The notes beneath the pieces are model-generated. The model was not told the DNA's origin and ran no database searches. It was given only the letters and a program-made list of their open reading frames with translations. A DNA stretch of 64,000 bases, from contig JBFWNL010000002.1 in the NCBI GenBank assembly GCA_050251055.1, positions 448,001 to 512,000 of the forward strand, given 5' to 3'. The position numbers were made by a program, and so were the translations under genes. This stretch comes from Bacteriovoracia bacterium. Its GTDB lineage: Bacteria > Bdellovibrionota > UBA1018 > JBFWNL01. Shown piece by piece: positions 39,301 to 47,744 of the stretch (the stretch's first letter is position 1; each line of letters begins with the position of its first letter).

Positions 39301-39979
39301 GGACTTGGCCGACGGGGTCTGCGCCGCCATGGGCTTCGAGCGTGGCCTTAAGGGCTCCACCGCCGGAGCGGGGAAGTCGGCGGATTCGGTCCAGGTCGAC
39401 GCCAAAGGAAGCCTTACCGATTTCGGCACCAACCAGGCGACGGTGTCGCAGGTGGCTTGCTTGAACCCAGTCGCCAAGCCGGTGGTGCAACGCGGACAGT
39501 TCTTGGTCAACCCCACGCACCCGAACTCGGGCCTGCTGATTACGAACGACACCCCGTCCATGCACGGTATCTGCCGAATCAACGGCTTCGCGCGGGCCCT
39601 AGCCCAAGGCCAAGGCGTGAGGGCAGGGGGAGTGGCGGCCACTCTAACGCTCGATGCGGAAGGTAAAATCACCGCCGCCCCGGCTTCCGCCTACACGCTG
39701 GCCAAGGTTTTCTGCCTCGAACCAGGAAACTATGGGCCCACGGAAGAATCGACGTTGATCCAAAACCCCCAGCACCCGGTGGCTAAGCTTCCCTTCTCCG
39801 CCACCAGCTCCGAAGATGGCGTGTGCAAAGCCCTGGGCCACGACCGCGCCGCGAAGGGGAGTCTGCGGAACGGCAACTCCGTCGACACCGTACAGGTCGA
39901 CGCCGATGGCAAGGAAACCACGCGCACCCTGGGCTACAGCGTCGGCTCCTTGGTTTGCATTAAAAATACCAGCAAGTAG
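36323..39979 (+). CDS. Large secreted protein: RCC1-like propeller plus 10 tandem two-Cys repeats
   Basis: Signal peptide from ATG 36323; about 7 AG..HTC....CWG repeats; 10 repeats of P.(Y/H)PG..(L)PF..G.C..LG(Y/F)..D..G.L..(I/V).C. Confidence 0.8.
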   Translation: MDFSGFSFLQFVVGICLSLASIAPTWAAENPNPSASFTSPLAMGVGHACVITEAGLKCWGPNNAFGQQNVPPNLGTPFAVAAGDYHTCTIVHDLAYCWGKNDNGQRDVPDDLPAPVMEIAAGYQHTCAIAANQVHCWAKEYKNGQASPEHKFADEYQSGGFKNPRGLVAGEDHTCVITDTGVRCWGLDSAGQASPPKDLPPALMLAAGAQHTCALLAETKAIRCWGKVIGGPLEPEAGLVNPRAIFAGKQHTCAQTDDGLRCWGADIPGVLSVPPQFPKHIYGASGGWKNTCVALRANVHCWGKDKDAFNRAYPGGIPLADLAPYASLGAARNSEKNSTESVFAEEITLKNPRYPGTDKFFLHPSQFNNPERPLTANGICKVLGYEKATSAGAKSSSFYGKAYSVDDNGELVAYHSNSLTVSYITCQNLLRKNPVGKLARIENPKYPGQDLPFTALGGSNPATAENGVCRLLGFARALKFSSQPDTSANLLGAVISETGELVGVRNQNAIKELVCIDPSPAAPPEEIFSLKDPKVPGTQLPFRSGISGPQEHGVCKALGYESAVIGSASGSGNAGQGVTPDEQGKLVELTNNVYPISQIICKKRLENLRLPAVTQVDNPLHPGVKLPFLLTGQAWDESAICRAMGFEYGVRRSATSSGPAAAYSVYLDQEARVSHLGVNANPVGKVLCVNARPGGESQENGEWVNDPVYPGTSYAFGMQDKNNMGQPSEKGTCRLLGYERAARGSGGPNANGLGPALFVDEEGKITQGGSASYRLGKIFCLNPSTPTPPEAVAELKDPVHPGFNLPFANSPYGQQDLPSGICKSLGYERGVNFSAVANGKPAQAILVDNSGQLASVVTNQNLVSQVICLNRLTEFKMQNGRYINVPTYPGTTYAFGYSNISGGGPFPSDGICRLLGYSKSAAHLTQSGPSTPSPVVYVNPEGKLTQASPASTRIENVFCLDKTEALAPESVTELKDPVHPGFNLPFYYNYYQADLADGVCAAMGFERGLKGSTAGAGKSADSVQVDAKGSLTDFGTNQATVSQVACLNPVAKPVVQRGQFLVNPTHPNSGLLITNDTPSMHGICRINGFARALAQGQGVRAGGVAATLTLDAEGKITAAPASAYTLAKVFCLEPGNYGPTEESTLIQNPQHPVAKLPFSATSSEDGVCKALGHDRAAKGSLRNGNSVDTVQVDADGKETTRTLGYSVGSLVCIKNTSK
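37355..39965 (+). repeat. Ten tandem ~85-90-codon protein repeats
   Basis: Ten G-(I/V/T)-C..(L/M/N)G motifs counted (one with A for the first G), each with a second Cys; ELKDPVHPGFNLPF identical in repeats 6 and 8. Confidence 0.8.
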
Positions 39980-39988
39980 AACGGGCGA

Positions 39989-41461
39989 TCAACGCGCCTG
40001 TAGCGCCGCGAGCAGCTTAGGAATGAATCCCCCAAACCCGCCGTTGGAAAGCACGGCTACGAGGTCGCCCGGCCGCGCGTCGTGCGCCACGTCCTCGACC
40101 CCCGCTTCCACCGTCGAAAAAATTCGGGCCGAAACACCCCGGGCGGCAATGTCCCGCACCAACTCTTCGCTTGAGAAGCGGTCGTCGGACGCGATCTTTT
40201 CCTGATTGAAGGGAGCGGCAATGAAAACCGAGTCCGACCCCAGGAACGCATCTACATAGTCCCGCTGGAAAATTTTTCGCCGCGAAGTCGCGCTCCTTGG
40301 CTCGAAAACCGAGACGAGCCGGCGCTGGGGATACTTCGCCCGCAACGCCTGCAGTGTCACCTTCACTGCCGTCGGGTGGTGGGCAAAATCATCGACGACC
40401 AGCACGCCTTTTACTTCCCCGCGTTCCTCCTGCCGCCGCTTCACGCCGCGGAAGCTCGCCAGCCCCTTCGCCACGATGTCGGAAGCCAAACCCAAGGTCG
40501 TGGCCTGAATCCAAACCGCAAGCGCATTGAGCACGTTGTGCTCTCCCGGGAGCTGCAAGGAGATGTCCGCCACGCGCTTGGCTGGCCCCGTATCACGCTC
40601 CCCGTGATCTCCGTAATCCATGATTGCGAACGAAGTCCGCCCGCCCTCGACCACTACCTGCTCCGGTCGAAACCGGGCCGGTGCGCGTGCCCCATAAGTC
40701 ACCACGGGCACCTGCGCCTGCTGCAAGAGCTCCTGGTTAGTCGCGTAGTCGGTGCAGACGATCAGCCGACCGCCGGCCCGGATGCGCGCGAGCAGGCCCC
40801 GAAACGCTTCCATGACGTGGGCCAAGTCACGGTAAATATCGGCATGATCGAACTCCACCGAAGTGAGGATCACGTCATTGGGTAAGTAGTGATTGAACTT
40901 TGGAACTTTGTCCCAAAAGGCGGTGTCGTACTCGTCCCCTTCGAGCACGAACGGCGTGCCAGAGTCCAGGCGCGGAACATGAAAACTTTGCGGGATGTCC
41001 GGGGAAACCCCGCCGATGAAATACGCCGGATTCTGCCCGGCGTGGTTAAGTACGTGGGCAAGCAAACTCGAGGTAGTCGTCTTACCGTGCGTACCCGCGA
41101 CGACGAGATTTCGGGTAGTCGGAAGCAGTAGGCGCTCCATGAACTCAGGTAACGAGCAATAGGCGTAACCTCCGGTCATCGCGGCCTGGGCCTCGAGGTT
41201 CGCGCGCGTGATGACATTGCCAATCACCACCAGATCAGGCCGTTGCGGAAGCCCCGTCAAGTTTTCCGCCCGGTAGCCGCTGAATATCGAAACCCCCGCC
41301 TGCTTGAGCACGTCGCTCATGGGCGGATAGACGTTCTCATCGCTGCCCGTGACTTCAATCCCACGCCGCTTGAGAAACGCCGCGAACGCGCCCATCAAAG
41401 TACCGCAAACACCGACGATGTGGACTCGTTTGACTTCGGCAAAAGTAGGGAAAGCCGTCAT
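39989..41461 (-). CDS. mpl: Murein peptide ligase (UDP-MurNAc:L-Ala-gamma-D-Glu-mDAP ligase)
   Basis: GVCGTLMG, NVYPPMS, AGTHGKTTT, EGDEYDTAFWDK, EFDHADIY, DDFAHHPTA, EPRS, SNGGFGG. Confidence 0.92.
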   Translation of the reverse strand: MTAFPTFAEVKRVHIVGVCGTLMGAFAAFLKRRGIEVTGSDENVYPPMSDVLKQAGVSIFSGYRAENLTGLPQRPDLVVIGNVITRANLEAQAAMTGGYAYCSLPEFMERLLLPTTRNLVVAGTHGKTTTSSLLAHVLNHAGQNPAYFIGGVSPDIPQSFHVPRLDSGTPFVLEGDEYDTAFWDKVPKFNHYLPNDVILTSVEFDHADIYRDLAHVMEAFRGLLARIRAGGRLIVCTDYATNQELLQQAQVPVVTYGARAPARFRPEQVVVEGGRTSFAIMDYGDHGERDTGPAKRVADISLQLPGEHNVLNALAVWIQATTLGLASDIVAKGLASFRGVKRRQEERGEVKGVLVVDDFAHHPTAVKVTLQALRAKYPQRRLVSVFEPRSATSRRKIFQRDYVDAFLGSDSVFIAAPFNQEKIASDDRFSSEELVRDIAARGVSARIFSTVEAGVEDVAHDARPGDLVAVLSNGGFGGFIPKLLAALQAR

Positions 41462-42591
41462 CCGAGCATTATACCGAAGTTTTCATGGAGGTCTTCCCGA
41501 ATCGCGTCGTGAAAACGCGGCCGAAACGCCTTGATCTGGATATTTTCCCGGGAAGGATGCACGCGATTGCTCAAAAGCGCCACGGCCACCCCCGCGGCTG
41601 GATCAATCCAAAGCGAAGTTCCCGTGAACCCCAAGTGACCGACCGTGGCGGGCGAGAAATACTGACCCACCGACGATCCCGCAGCCGAAGGAGTGTCCCA
41701 GCCCAATGCCCGCTCGCATCCCGCCGGGCTTGATACGCGACGCCACATCCTACGCACCGTGGAAGGCAGATAGAAGCCGGTCGAGACCCGTTCGGCGAAA
41801 TGAAGCACGTCGCTCACCGTTCCGAAAGCTCCGCTGTGCCCCCCATAGCCACCCATCGCCCAGCAGTTGTCGTCATGCACCTGCCCCTGCAGGACTCCGC
41901 CCCGCCACGGGCAATTTTCGGTGGCGGCGTATCGCTCATCCGTGCCGGCGCGCACGTCGCGCTCCACCCGCCGAAACTCGAAGCCCAACCCCATCGGACG
42001 CCATACGAAATCACGAACCGCGACATCGAACGGTGCGGAGACCGCCTCCTCCAGCACGAACCCTAGGAGCAGCATCGAAACATCCGAATACACCGCCTTG
42101 GTTTCGACGTCGGCTTCCGGTTTCACCTGCAAGATGATTTCTCGCATGACCGCCTGACGGTCAGCGACCGACACTCGCGCCAGGTCTACGCCTGGGAAGC
42201 GAGCGCGGATCTGCTCGAAGTAAGGTTCCCACCAAACGAAACCCGCCGTGTGCGAAAGCAGATGCCGCAAACGGATCCGCGCGTGGGGATACCCCGGGAA
42301 GAAACGGCGCACGGAATCGTCCCAATCGATCCAGCCGCGCTCGACCAGCGTGGCCGTTAGGGCCGTGGTGGCAACGATTTTCGTAACCGATGAAAGATCA
42401 AACGGCGTATCGCGGGAAAGCGGCAGCGAAGACGGCACCTGGCGCCGAACCCCCGCGTGGCCGGACCAAAACGGCGCCGTGCGCCCCCTCAGCCAGACCC
42501 CGGCCGTGGCGCCAGGAAAAACGGCATCCGTCACGCCCGCGTGCAAAGCGGCCAATGTTTTGGGAAAAGCGGCGTCTAAAGGGTCCAACAC
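41458..42591 (-). CDS. Serine hydrolase, beta-lactamase-like fold
   Basis: FDLSSVTK (SxxK), LLSHTAG, YSD, GQVHDDN, GHSGAF, GHLGFTGTS; no signal peptide. Confidence 0.88.
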   Translation of the reverse strand: MLDPLDAAFPKTLAALHAGVTDAVFPGATAGVWLRGRTAPFWSGHAGVRRQVPSSLPLSRDTPFDLSSVTKIVATTALTATLVERGWIDWDDSVRRFFPGYPHARIRLRHLLSHTAGFVWWEPYFEQIRARFPGVDLARVSVADRQAVMREIILQVKPEADVETKAVYSDVSMLLLGFVLEEAVSAPFDVAVRDFVWRPMGLGFEFRRVERDVRAGTDERYAATENCPWRGGVLQGQVHDDNCWAMGGYGGHSGAFGTVSDVLHFAERVSTGFYLPSTVRRMWRRVSSPAGCERALGWDTPSAAGSSVGQYFSPATVGHLGFTGTSLWIDPAAGVAVALLSNRVHPSRENIQIKAFRPRFHDAIREDLHENFGIMLG

Positions 42592-42599
42592 CCCTTAGT

Positions 42600-42668
42600 T
42601 TAATCCACGCCGAACATTACGAATAAGCAAAGAACACTAAGACTAAACAAAAAAGGGATTCCGATCAT
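42600..42668 (-). CDS. Small hydrophobic protein (22 aa)
   Basis: MIGIPFLFSLSVLCLFVMFGVD, GGGGGG SD 7 nt upstream; below the ORF-track cutoff. Confidence 0.45.
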   Translation of the reverse strand: MIGIPFLFSLSVLCLFVMFGVD

Positions 42669-42828
42669 AGAATCACCCCCCAGGCCTTAGACAAAGCAAA
42701 GGCGAGGCCAAACTCGAAACCCGAATCGACCTGGGGAAAACCCTGGAATTCCGGGCAGTCAATTCGCTGACGGACGCGGGGGCCTATAAAAAACACCGAC
42801 TGGTTGACGGTTTGGGGCAATCTCATGG

Positions 42829-43698
42829 CTAAAACACTCCAATCGAAAAATCGCGATACTCTTCTTTTGTGATGACCCGGTCGTTGAGGAAGTAATCCCG
42901 GTGCTCGCGGATCTTACCTTCGCGGTCGAGCCCCGTTGTCTGATTCACGCGAACTTCGGCGATAAAGTCAGCAAAGCTGATGCGAGTCAGCTCCGTCATC
43001 TGGCCTTCACCGGCTTCGTCGATATCGATCCCGCGATTGCTGACGCCGATTTCCCCCTCGCCGTTGCCACGGATCTCGACCAACACGCCTACCTTTCCAT
43101 ATTTTTGCGAATTCACGATGCCGGAGACGTTCATGCCGAATGTGGCGGACATCGCACTCTCCCCGCTGATCGAATAAACGAAGCTCCCGCTACCGGAAAG
43201 CTCGACGCTATCCACATCGTTCAGCTCGCGATAACCGTCGTCGGTCACCTGGTACAGAGACTGGTAAACCCCGGTGATCGTTCCGTTGGGCGGCAGGGCC
43301 TTGCCCTTTTCCGGAAACCCCGTGGATCGGAACTCTTGCTGGACGTTCACGGGACACCCCTGGCCGCCGACCTTAAGCACAAAATCGATCCCGTGGGATT
43401 GATCCTTGTCCAAAATTTCGCACTTGGCGTCGTCGATCCGCTTGGCCATGCGGGAAACCCGGTCCAGCTCAATCCCGCCTTCGACTTCCGCAGTCGTAGC
43501 CGTTTTCGCCTGCTTGGCTCGGGCCTGATACTTAGCGTTCCGGACGGCGCTTTCGGTGGACGCCATGGCGTTCGCAAACTCCTTCACCATGGACTTTTGG
43601 GTCTCATTCAAGGGCGCGCGCTTCTCCGCTTCCCCGCAGCCCATAAAGCCGACTAAGGCCAAACCTAAAACGAAAGTCCCGATGCGATTGAATCCCAT
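42829..43698 (-). CDS. Hypothetical beta-rich lipoprotein
   Basis: AGGGAG RBS, lipobox FMGC. Confidence 0.7.
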   Translation of the reverse strand: MGFNRIGTFVLGLALVGFMGCGEAEKRAPLNETQKSMVKEFANAMASTESAVRNAKYQARAKQAKTATTAEVEGGIELDRVSRMAKRIDDAKCEILDKDQSHGIDFVLKVGGQGCPVNVQQEFRSTGFPEKGKALPPNGTITGVYQSLYQVTDDGYRELNDVDSVELSGSGSFVYSISGESAMSATFGMNVSGIVNSQKYGKVGVLVEIRGNGEGEIGVSNRGIDIDEAGEGQMTELTRISFADFIAEVRVNQTTGLDREGKIREHRDYFLNDRVITKEEYRDFSIGVF

Positions 43699-43780
43699 AA
43701 CGATCTCCCTTGGTCGGGTTTTTACATAACGCAAGCGCTCGCGTCAATGTATTTAGATCGTTGAAATTATTAACTAAAAG

Positions 43781-45022
43781 CTAGATCACGGCACCTTCGC
43801 GGACAAGGTCGCCGCTCTCAAAGCGGGCGCCGCGCAAAGGATGAAGGTCAAGTGTCTCGTATCGGCCACGTAACATCTTCTCAGCTAACGCCAAACCCGC
43901 CGCGTAACTATGCATGGCTCCGTGTCCCGAGAACGAATGAGCCTCAAAGCAACCGCCCACGCGCCCCGCTTCACCCAACTCGACAGCTCCAATAATGGCG
44001 GATTCGTCGGGAGAAACTTCGTACAAGCCCGACCAGCCCGTGAGGTGCTTCAGGCGCTCAAACTTGCTCGACCGCTCGAAGAGCGCCGGCCAAATGATGT
44101 CCATGAAGAACGATTCGCCGTCGTACGCGTAGTTGAAACCTTCCGGTTCCTGGTGATTGGCGAATCCCGCGAGCCCGTTCGTGGCTTCGGGATGGAAATA
44201 CACGCCCGAGTTGTCTACCACCATGCCGTAGGGGCTTAAGTCGATGTCGCGACAATCGAAGATGCAGACTTGGCGACGCACGGCCTTGGTCACATGAGGA
44301 TATTTCAGCAGCTTCGCGATCTCGCCCGCCCATGCGCCCGCGCAGTTCACCACTTGCTTAGCGAGGTACTCCACGCGCTCACCCGCTGCGGTCGGCTGGC
44401 CCGAAAGCACCTGGATTTTATCCTCAACCGATAGGATGGAGGGATATCTCTCGCACGCAATGCGATAACGGTAGCCGCCATTCGCTGCGGAGTCGACGAT
44501 CTCGACCGCGCGCACGAGACGCCGATCCTCGAAAACCGCGCCGGCCGCACGCCCTTCCTGCCGAAAGTGCATCTTTAAGAGATTCGGATTCACCAACCCG
44601 TCGCGTGGCGCGAACATCGCGCCCGCGAGATCCTCGGTCCGATCAATGAAAGGGAAACGCGCCGTGATGCCCGCACGGTCCAGCACTTCCACTGGCCAGC
44701 CCATCTGAGTCTGCAGCTTATGCTCCGCCTGGGCGCGCGCAAAACGCTCGGGCCCGTGCAGCCAAAGGTAGCCACAGGCGCGATACCCCGACTCTTCCGG
44801 GATTTTTGCGAAATATTCGATGGAAAGCTTCGAACACTCGATATTCACAGGCTGGCTGAAAGTGGCGCGCACACCGCCAGCATTGAGCTCCGAGCTGCTC
44901 AACGAACCCTCCAGATCAAAGTCGATCACGCGCACACCACTGGCGCCCAAACGCGCTAAGTGCATGGCGAGGCTACTACCCACCAATCCCGCGCCTATTA
45001 CTAATGTATCGACCTTTTCCAT
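43781..45022 (-). CDS. FAD-dependent oxidoreductase (DAO/sarcosine oxidase beta-like)
   Basis: VIGAGLVG, NAGGVR, VVNCAGAWA, WSGLYEVSPD, FSGHG. Confidence 0.9.
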   Translation of the reverse strand: MEKVDTLVIGAGLVGSSLAMHLARLGASGVRVIDFDLEGSLSSSELNAGGVRATFSQPVNIECSKLSIEYFAKIPEESGYRACGYLWLHGPERFARAQAEHKLQTQMGWPVEVLDRAGITARFPFIDRTEDLAGAMFAPRDGLVNPNLLKMHFRQEGRAAGAVFEDRRLVRAVEIVDSAANGGYRYRIACERYPSILSVEDKIQVLSGQPTAAGERVEYLAKQVVNCAGAWAGEIAKLLKYPHVTKAVRRQVCIFDCRDIDLSPYGMVVDNSGVYFHPEATNGLAGFANHQEPEGFNYAYDGESFFMDIIWPALFERSSKFERLKHLTGWSGLYEVSPDESAIIGAVELGEAGRVGGCFEAHSFSGHGAMHSYAAGLALAEKMLRGRYETLDLHPLRGARFESGDLVREGAVI

Positions 45023-45029
45023 CCGGAAA

Positions 45030-45923
45030 CTACCAGGACTGAGGAGTATAGCTTTCGTCGACGATCTTGAACTGCCCGTCTTCCTCGGCGACGTAAAGCG
45101 TCTTCGTACCCGAAGATTTGTGACCCGTCCGCCCATTTTTTAGCCTGGAGTAATAATTCTGATTGAATTGGACGACGGAATACTTCGGATGCTTGAAGAA
45201 AAGAACGTGCTTGGGATTCACTTGGATCTCGGCGTAATTCTTGATCAAGCCAGCCTTGTAGGACTTCCAGGCCGCCTTATCCTTACCTTGAGCACTGAAC
45301 TGGGAGTGGTAGTGCTTGATGTAGGGCTCGATCTCGCGTGACTCCCAACCCTTGACCCAGCCGTCGAAAAATTGCTGAAGCTTGGGATCCTTGCCCGGTT
45401 CCATATACTCGGGCGTGAGGTCTTCGAAGATCAGGATCGGCGTCAACCCCAGGCGGACAAAAGGCTTGATCTCCTGAAGCTCGTGGTTATTGACCACCAC
45501 GCAGCCTTCACTGTCATAGTCCTTCTTCAACCGCTCCGGTTCGTTGGTCGCATGCAACATCACCGCAGAGCCCGTTCGGCCTGCAATACGGTCATAGGGA
45601 TTGGGATAGGCCATGTGAAACGCCATCACACCAAACTTGGGCTTGAGGCCCGGCGGCGTCAGATACATGTTGAAAAAGTAGATTCCTTCGGGGGTCTTGA
45701 GATCGCCCTCTTCCTGCTTATCACCCAAGACGCGCCCTAGCGTGGCATGAAATGACTTCAACGTATGATAGGCGCCGTTTTGGTATTCAACGACCGTGAG
45801 CGCGTGGTCCTTCTTATTAACGAGGATGGCGGTGGGCTTTTGCGGAGCAGCCAATAAACCGGGTGATGAAGAGAGACCCAGCACGGCTATGAAGAAAGAA
45901 AAGAGAGATAAATGTCGCGTCAT
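45030..45923 (-). CDS. YkuD L,D-transpeptidase/carboxypeptidase with C-terminal NTF2-like domain (Csd6/Pgp2/Bd1075-like)
   Basis: Signal peptide, EGDLKTPEGIY, YPN..D, MLHA..SEGCV catalytic motif, W...WE..Y...Y...F and KTLYV..FKIVDE C-domain. Confidence 0.85.
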   Translation of the reverse strand: MTRHLSLFSFFIAVLGLSSSPGLLAAPQKPTAILVNKKDHALTVVEYQNGAYHTLKSFHATLGRVLGDKQEEGDLKTPEGIYFFNMYLTPPGLKPKFGVMAFHMAYPNPYDRIAGRTGSAVMLHATNEPERLKKDYDSEGCVVVNNHELQEIKPFVRLGLTPILIFEDLTPEYMEPGKDPKLQQFFDGWVKGWESREIEPYIKHYHSQFSAQGKDKAAWKSYKAGLIKNYAEIQVNPKHVLFFKHPKYSVVQFNQNYYSRLKNGRTGHKSSGTKTLYVAEEDGQFKIVDESYTPQSW

Positions 45924-46624
45924 CGGGTGGTTAGACGAAATTCCCACACTCTCTTAAGGGCTTCAAGCACGATTTTCTTGCTCATTTTGCTGTGGCCGAC
46001 TTTACGGTCTTCGAAAACGATCGGGAACTCGCGAATCTTATACCCCAGTTTAAAGGCCCGGTATTTCAACTCGATCTGGAAGGAATAGCCATCCGAGCGT
46101 AGGGTGCTCAAATTCATCTTCTCCAGCACCTGGCGCCGCCAGCCATTGAAACCACCGGTGAAATCGTTGATCGGCGCGCCCAGGATCGTGCGCGCGTAGA
46201 TGCTCCCACCCCGGCTGATGATCTTCCGGCCCAACCCCCAATTCATCGTTCCGCCACCCGAAACGTAACGCGAACCGATCACGACGTCGTACTCTTTCAG
46301 CAAATCCAGCATGGTCGTCAGATAACGGGGATTGTGGGAGAAATCAGCGTCCATCTCGATTAAACAGTCGAAACCTTGCGCCAAGCCCCACCGAAACCCG
46401 GCGATGTACGCCTGCCCCAGGCCCTTTTTTTCTTCCCGATGTAGGACGTGCAGGCGTGGATTCTGGGCGGCCAGCGTATCGGCGAGCTTGCCCGTACCGT
46501 CGGGCGAATTGTCGTCGACGACGAGGATCTCCGTATCCTTCGGAGTGGCTTCCAAAACGGCGGAAGTCAGCGACTGGAGATTCTCGATCTCATTGTAGGT
46601 CGGGACGATGACCAGTGAACGCAT
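45920..46624 (-). CDS. Polyprenol monophosphomannose synthase (GT2, DPM1-like)
   Basis: PTYNE, VDDNSPDGT, GLGQAY, EMDADFSH, GSRY, D.TGGF, GYSFQIE. Confidence 0.9.
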   Translation of the reverse strand: MRSLVIVPTYNEIENLQSLTSAVLEATPKDTEILVVDDNSPDGTGKLADTLAAQNPRLHVLHREEKKGLGQAYIAGFRWGLAQGFDCLIEMDADFSHNPRYLTTMLDLLKEYDVVIGSRYVSGGGTMNWGLGRKIISRGGSIYARTILGAPINDFTGGFNGWRRQVLEKMNLSTLRSDGYSFQIELKYRAFKLGYKIREFPIVFEDRKVGHSKMSKKIVLEALKRVWEFRLTTR

Positions 46625-46652
46625 TTTTTATCTTACGATGCGCGCGAAGGCC

Positions 46653-47141
46653 TCAGAACGGGATATCGTCTTCGGTGAAGCTGGGTTCTTCCATCGGCAT
46701 ATTGCCGCCGACGGGGCCGCCCGCCGACGGGGCCATGCCCATGCCGTTGGTCGCGCCTTGATTGTAGCCACCTTGGGACATATCCGAAGAATCGCGACGG
46801 GCGCCGGCCCCCGCGCCTTCACCCAAGAAGCGCACGTTGGAAACTTGGATCTCAGTGGTGTAGCGGGTTTGGTTGTCCTTGTCCTGCCACTGGCGGGTCT
46901 GCAGACGGCCTTCCAGGTAAACCTGGCGACCCTTCTGGAGATATTGGTTGCAGAGCTCGGCTTGCTTGCCCCAAACGACGCATTTATGCCATTCGGTGCG
47001 TTCCTGCTTCTGACCTTGTTTATCCACCCAGGCTTCGTTCGTGGCGACGCTGAAATTCGCGACGGCCGCTCCCGAGGGAGTGTAACGAAGCTCGGGGTTC
47101 TGCCCCAACCTGCCAACGATGATCACTTTATTGACTGACAT
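46653..47141 (-). CDS. ssb: Single-stranded DNA-binding protein
   Basis: [27 protein letters not shown]-terminal DDIPF. Confidence 0.97.
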   Translation of the reverse strand: MSVNKVIIVGRLGQNPELRYTPSGAAVANFSVATNEAWVDKQGQKQERTEWHKCVVWGKQAELCNQYLQKGRQVYLEGRLQTRQWQDKDNQTRYTTEIQVSNVRFLGEGAGAGARRDSSDMSQGGYNQGATNGMGMAPSAGGPVGGNMPMEEPSFTEDDIPF

Positions 47142-47218
47142 GCTCCACCACATACACGTCAGCTTCACCGGCCGTCAAGGAGCATAGTTATGACGCTTAG
47201 CGTGATTGTTGGGTCGAC

Positions 47219-47716
47219 TTAGAAATCGTCCGCGGCCTGCGGATTCTTGGGTGTTTTTTGGGTGGTGGCCGTCTTGGATCCCGCAGCGCTAGGCGTTGCC
47301 GTAGTGAGGTTATTCTCCTCATCTCCCGGATAGGGAATGCCTTGCTTGGCAAACTTCTCTTTCCAGAAACTTACCATTTCAGTTCGGGCTTTTTTTGCGT
47401 CCACCAGGAACAAGTAGGGATCGAAGCCACAGTTCGGGCAAGCGAGAGATGTGCGCAGCCGCAGGCGATAGTACGTCTCGAAGATCGCCCAGAAGGGCAC
47501 TAGCGAAATCATGCCCTTCCAGCCAAACCAAGGCCACGTCGCGACGGTGAAGACCCCCGCCGTCAGCGCGATTCGAAACGCGTTGATGCCTGCCTCGGGA
47601 CGCGGCCCCAAGGGTACTTTCCGTACGCCACTGCACTGGGGGCAGTAAAACGTCCACCCTTTCCGGCGGGCGCCCTTCCACATCGTTTTTCTAGGCATCG
47701 AGTTTCTTGAATCCAT
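47219..47716 (-). CDS. Hypothetical membrane protein with a split Zn-ribbon
   Basis: CPQC and CPNC knuckles flanking two TM helices. Confidence 0.7.
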   Translation of the reverse strand: MDSRNSMPRKTMWKGARRKGWTFYCPQCSGVRKVPLGPRPEAGINAFRIALTAGVFTVATWPWFGWKGMISLVPFWAIFETYYRLRLRTSLACPNCGFDPYLFLVDAKKARTEMVSFWKEKFAKQGIPYPGDEENNLTTATPSAAGSKTATTQKTPKNPQAADDF

Positions 47717-47744
47717 CCGCGAACCTCAGTAAGAGTGTACACGA

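Noticed and set aside
41458-42591. Antibiotic-resistance beta-lactamase
   Set aside because: No signal peptide, HLG rather than KTG, and coupling to mpl favour a cell-wall recycling hydrolase
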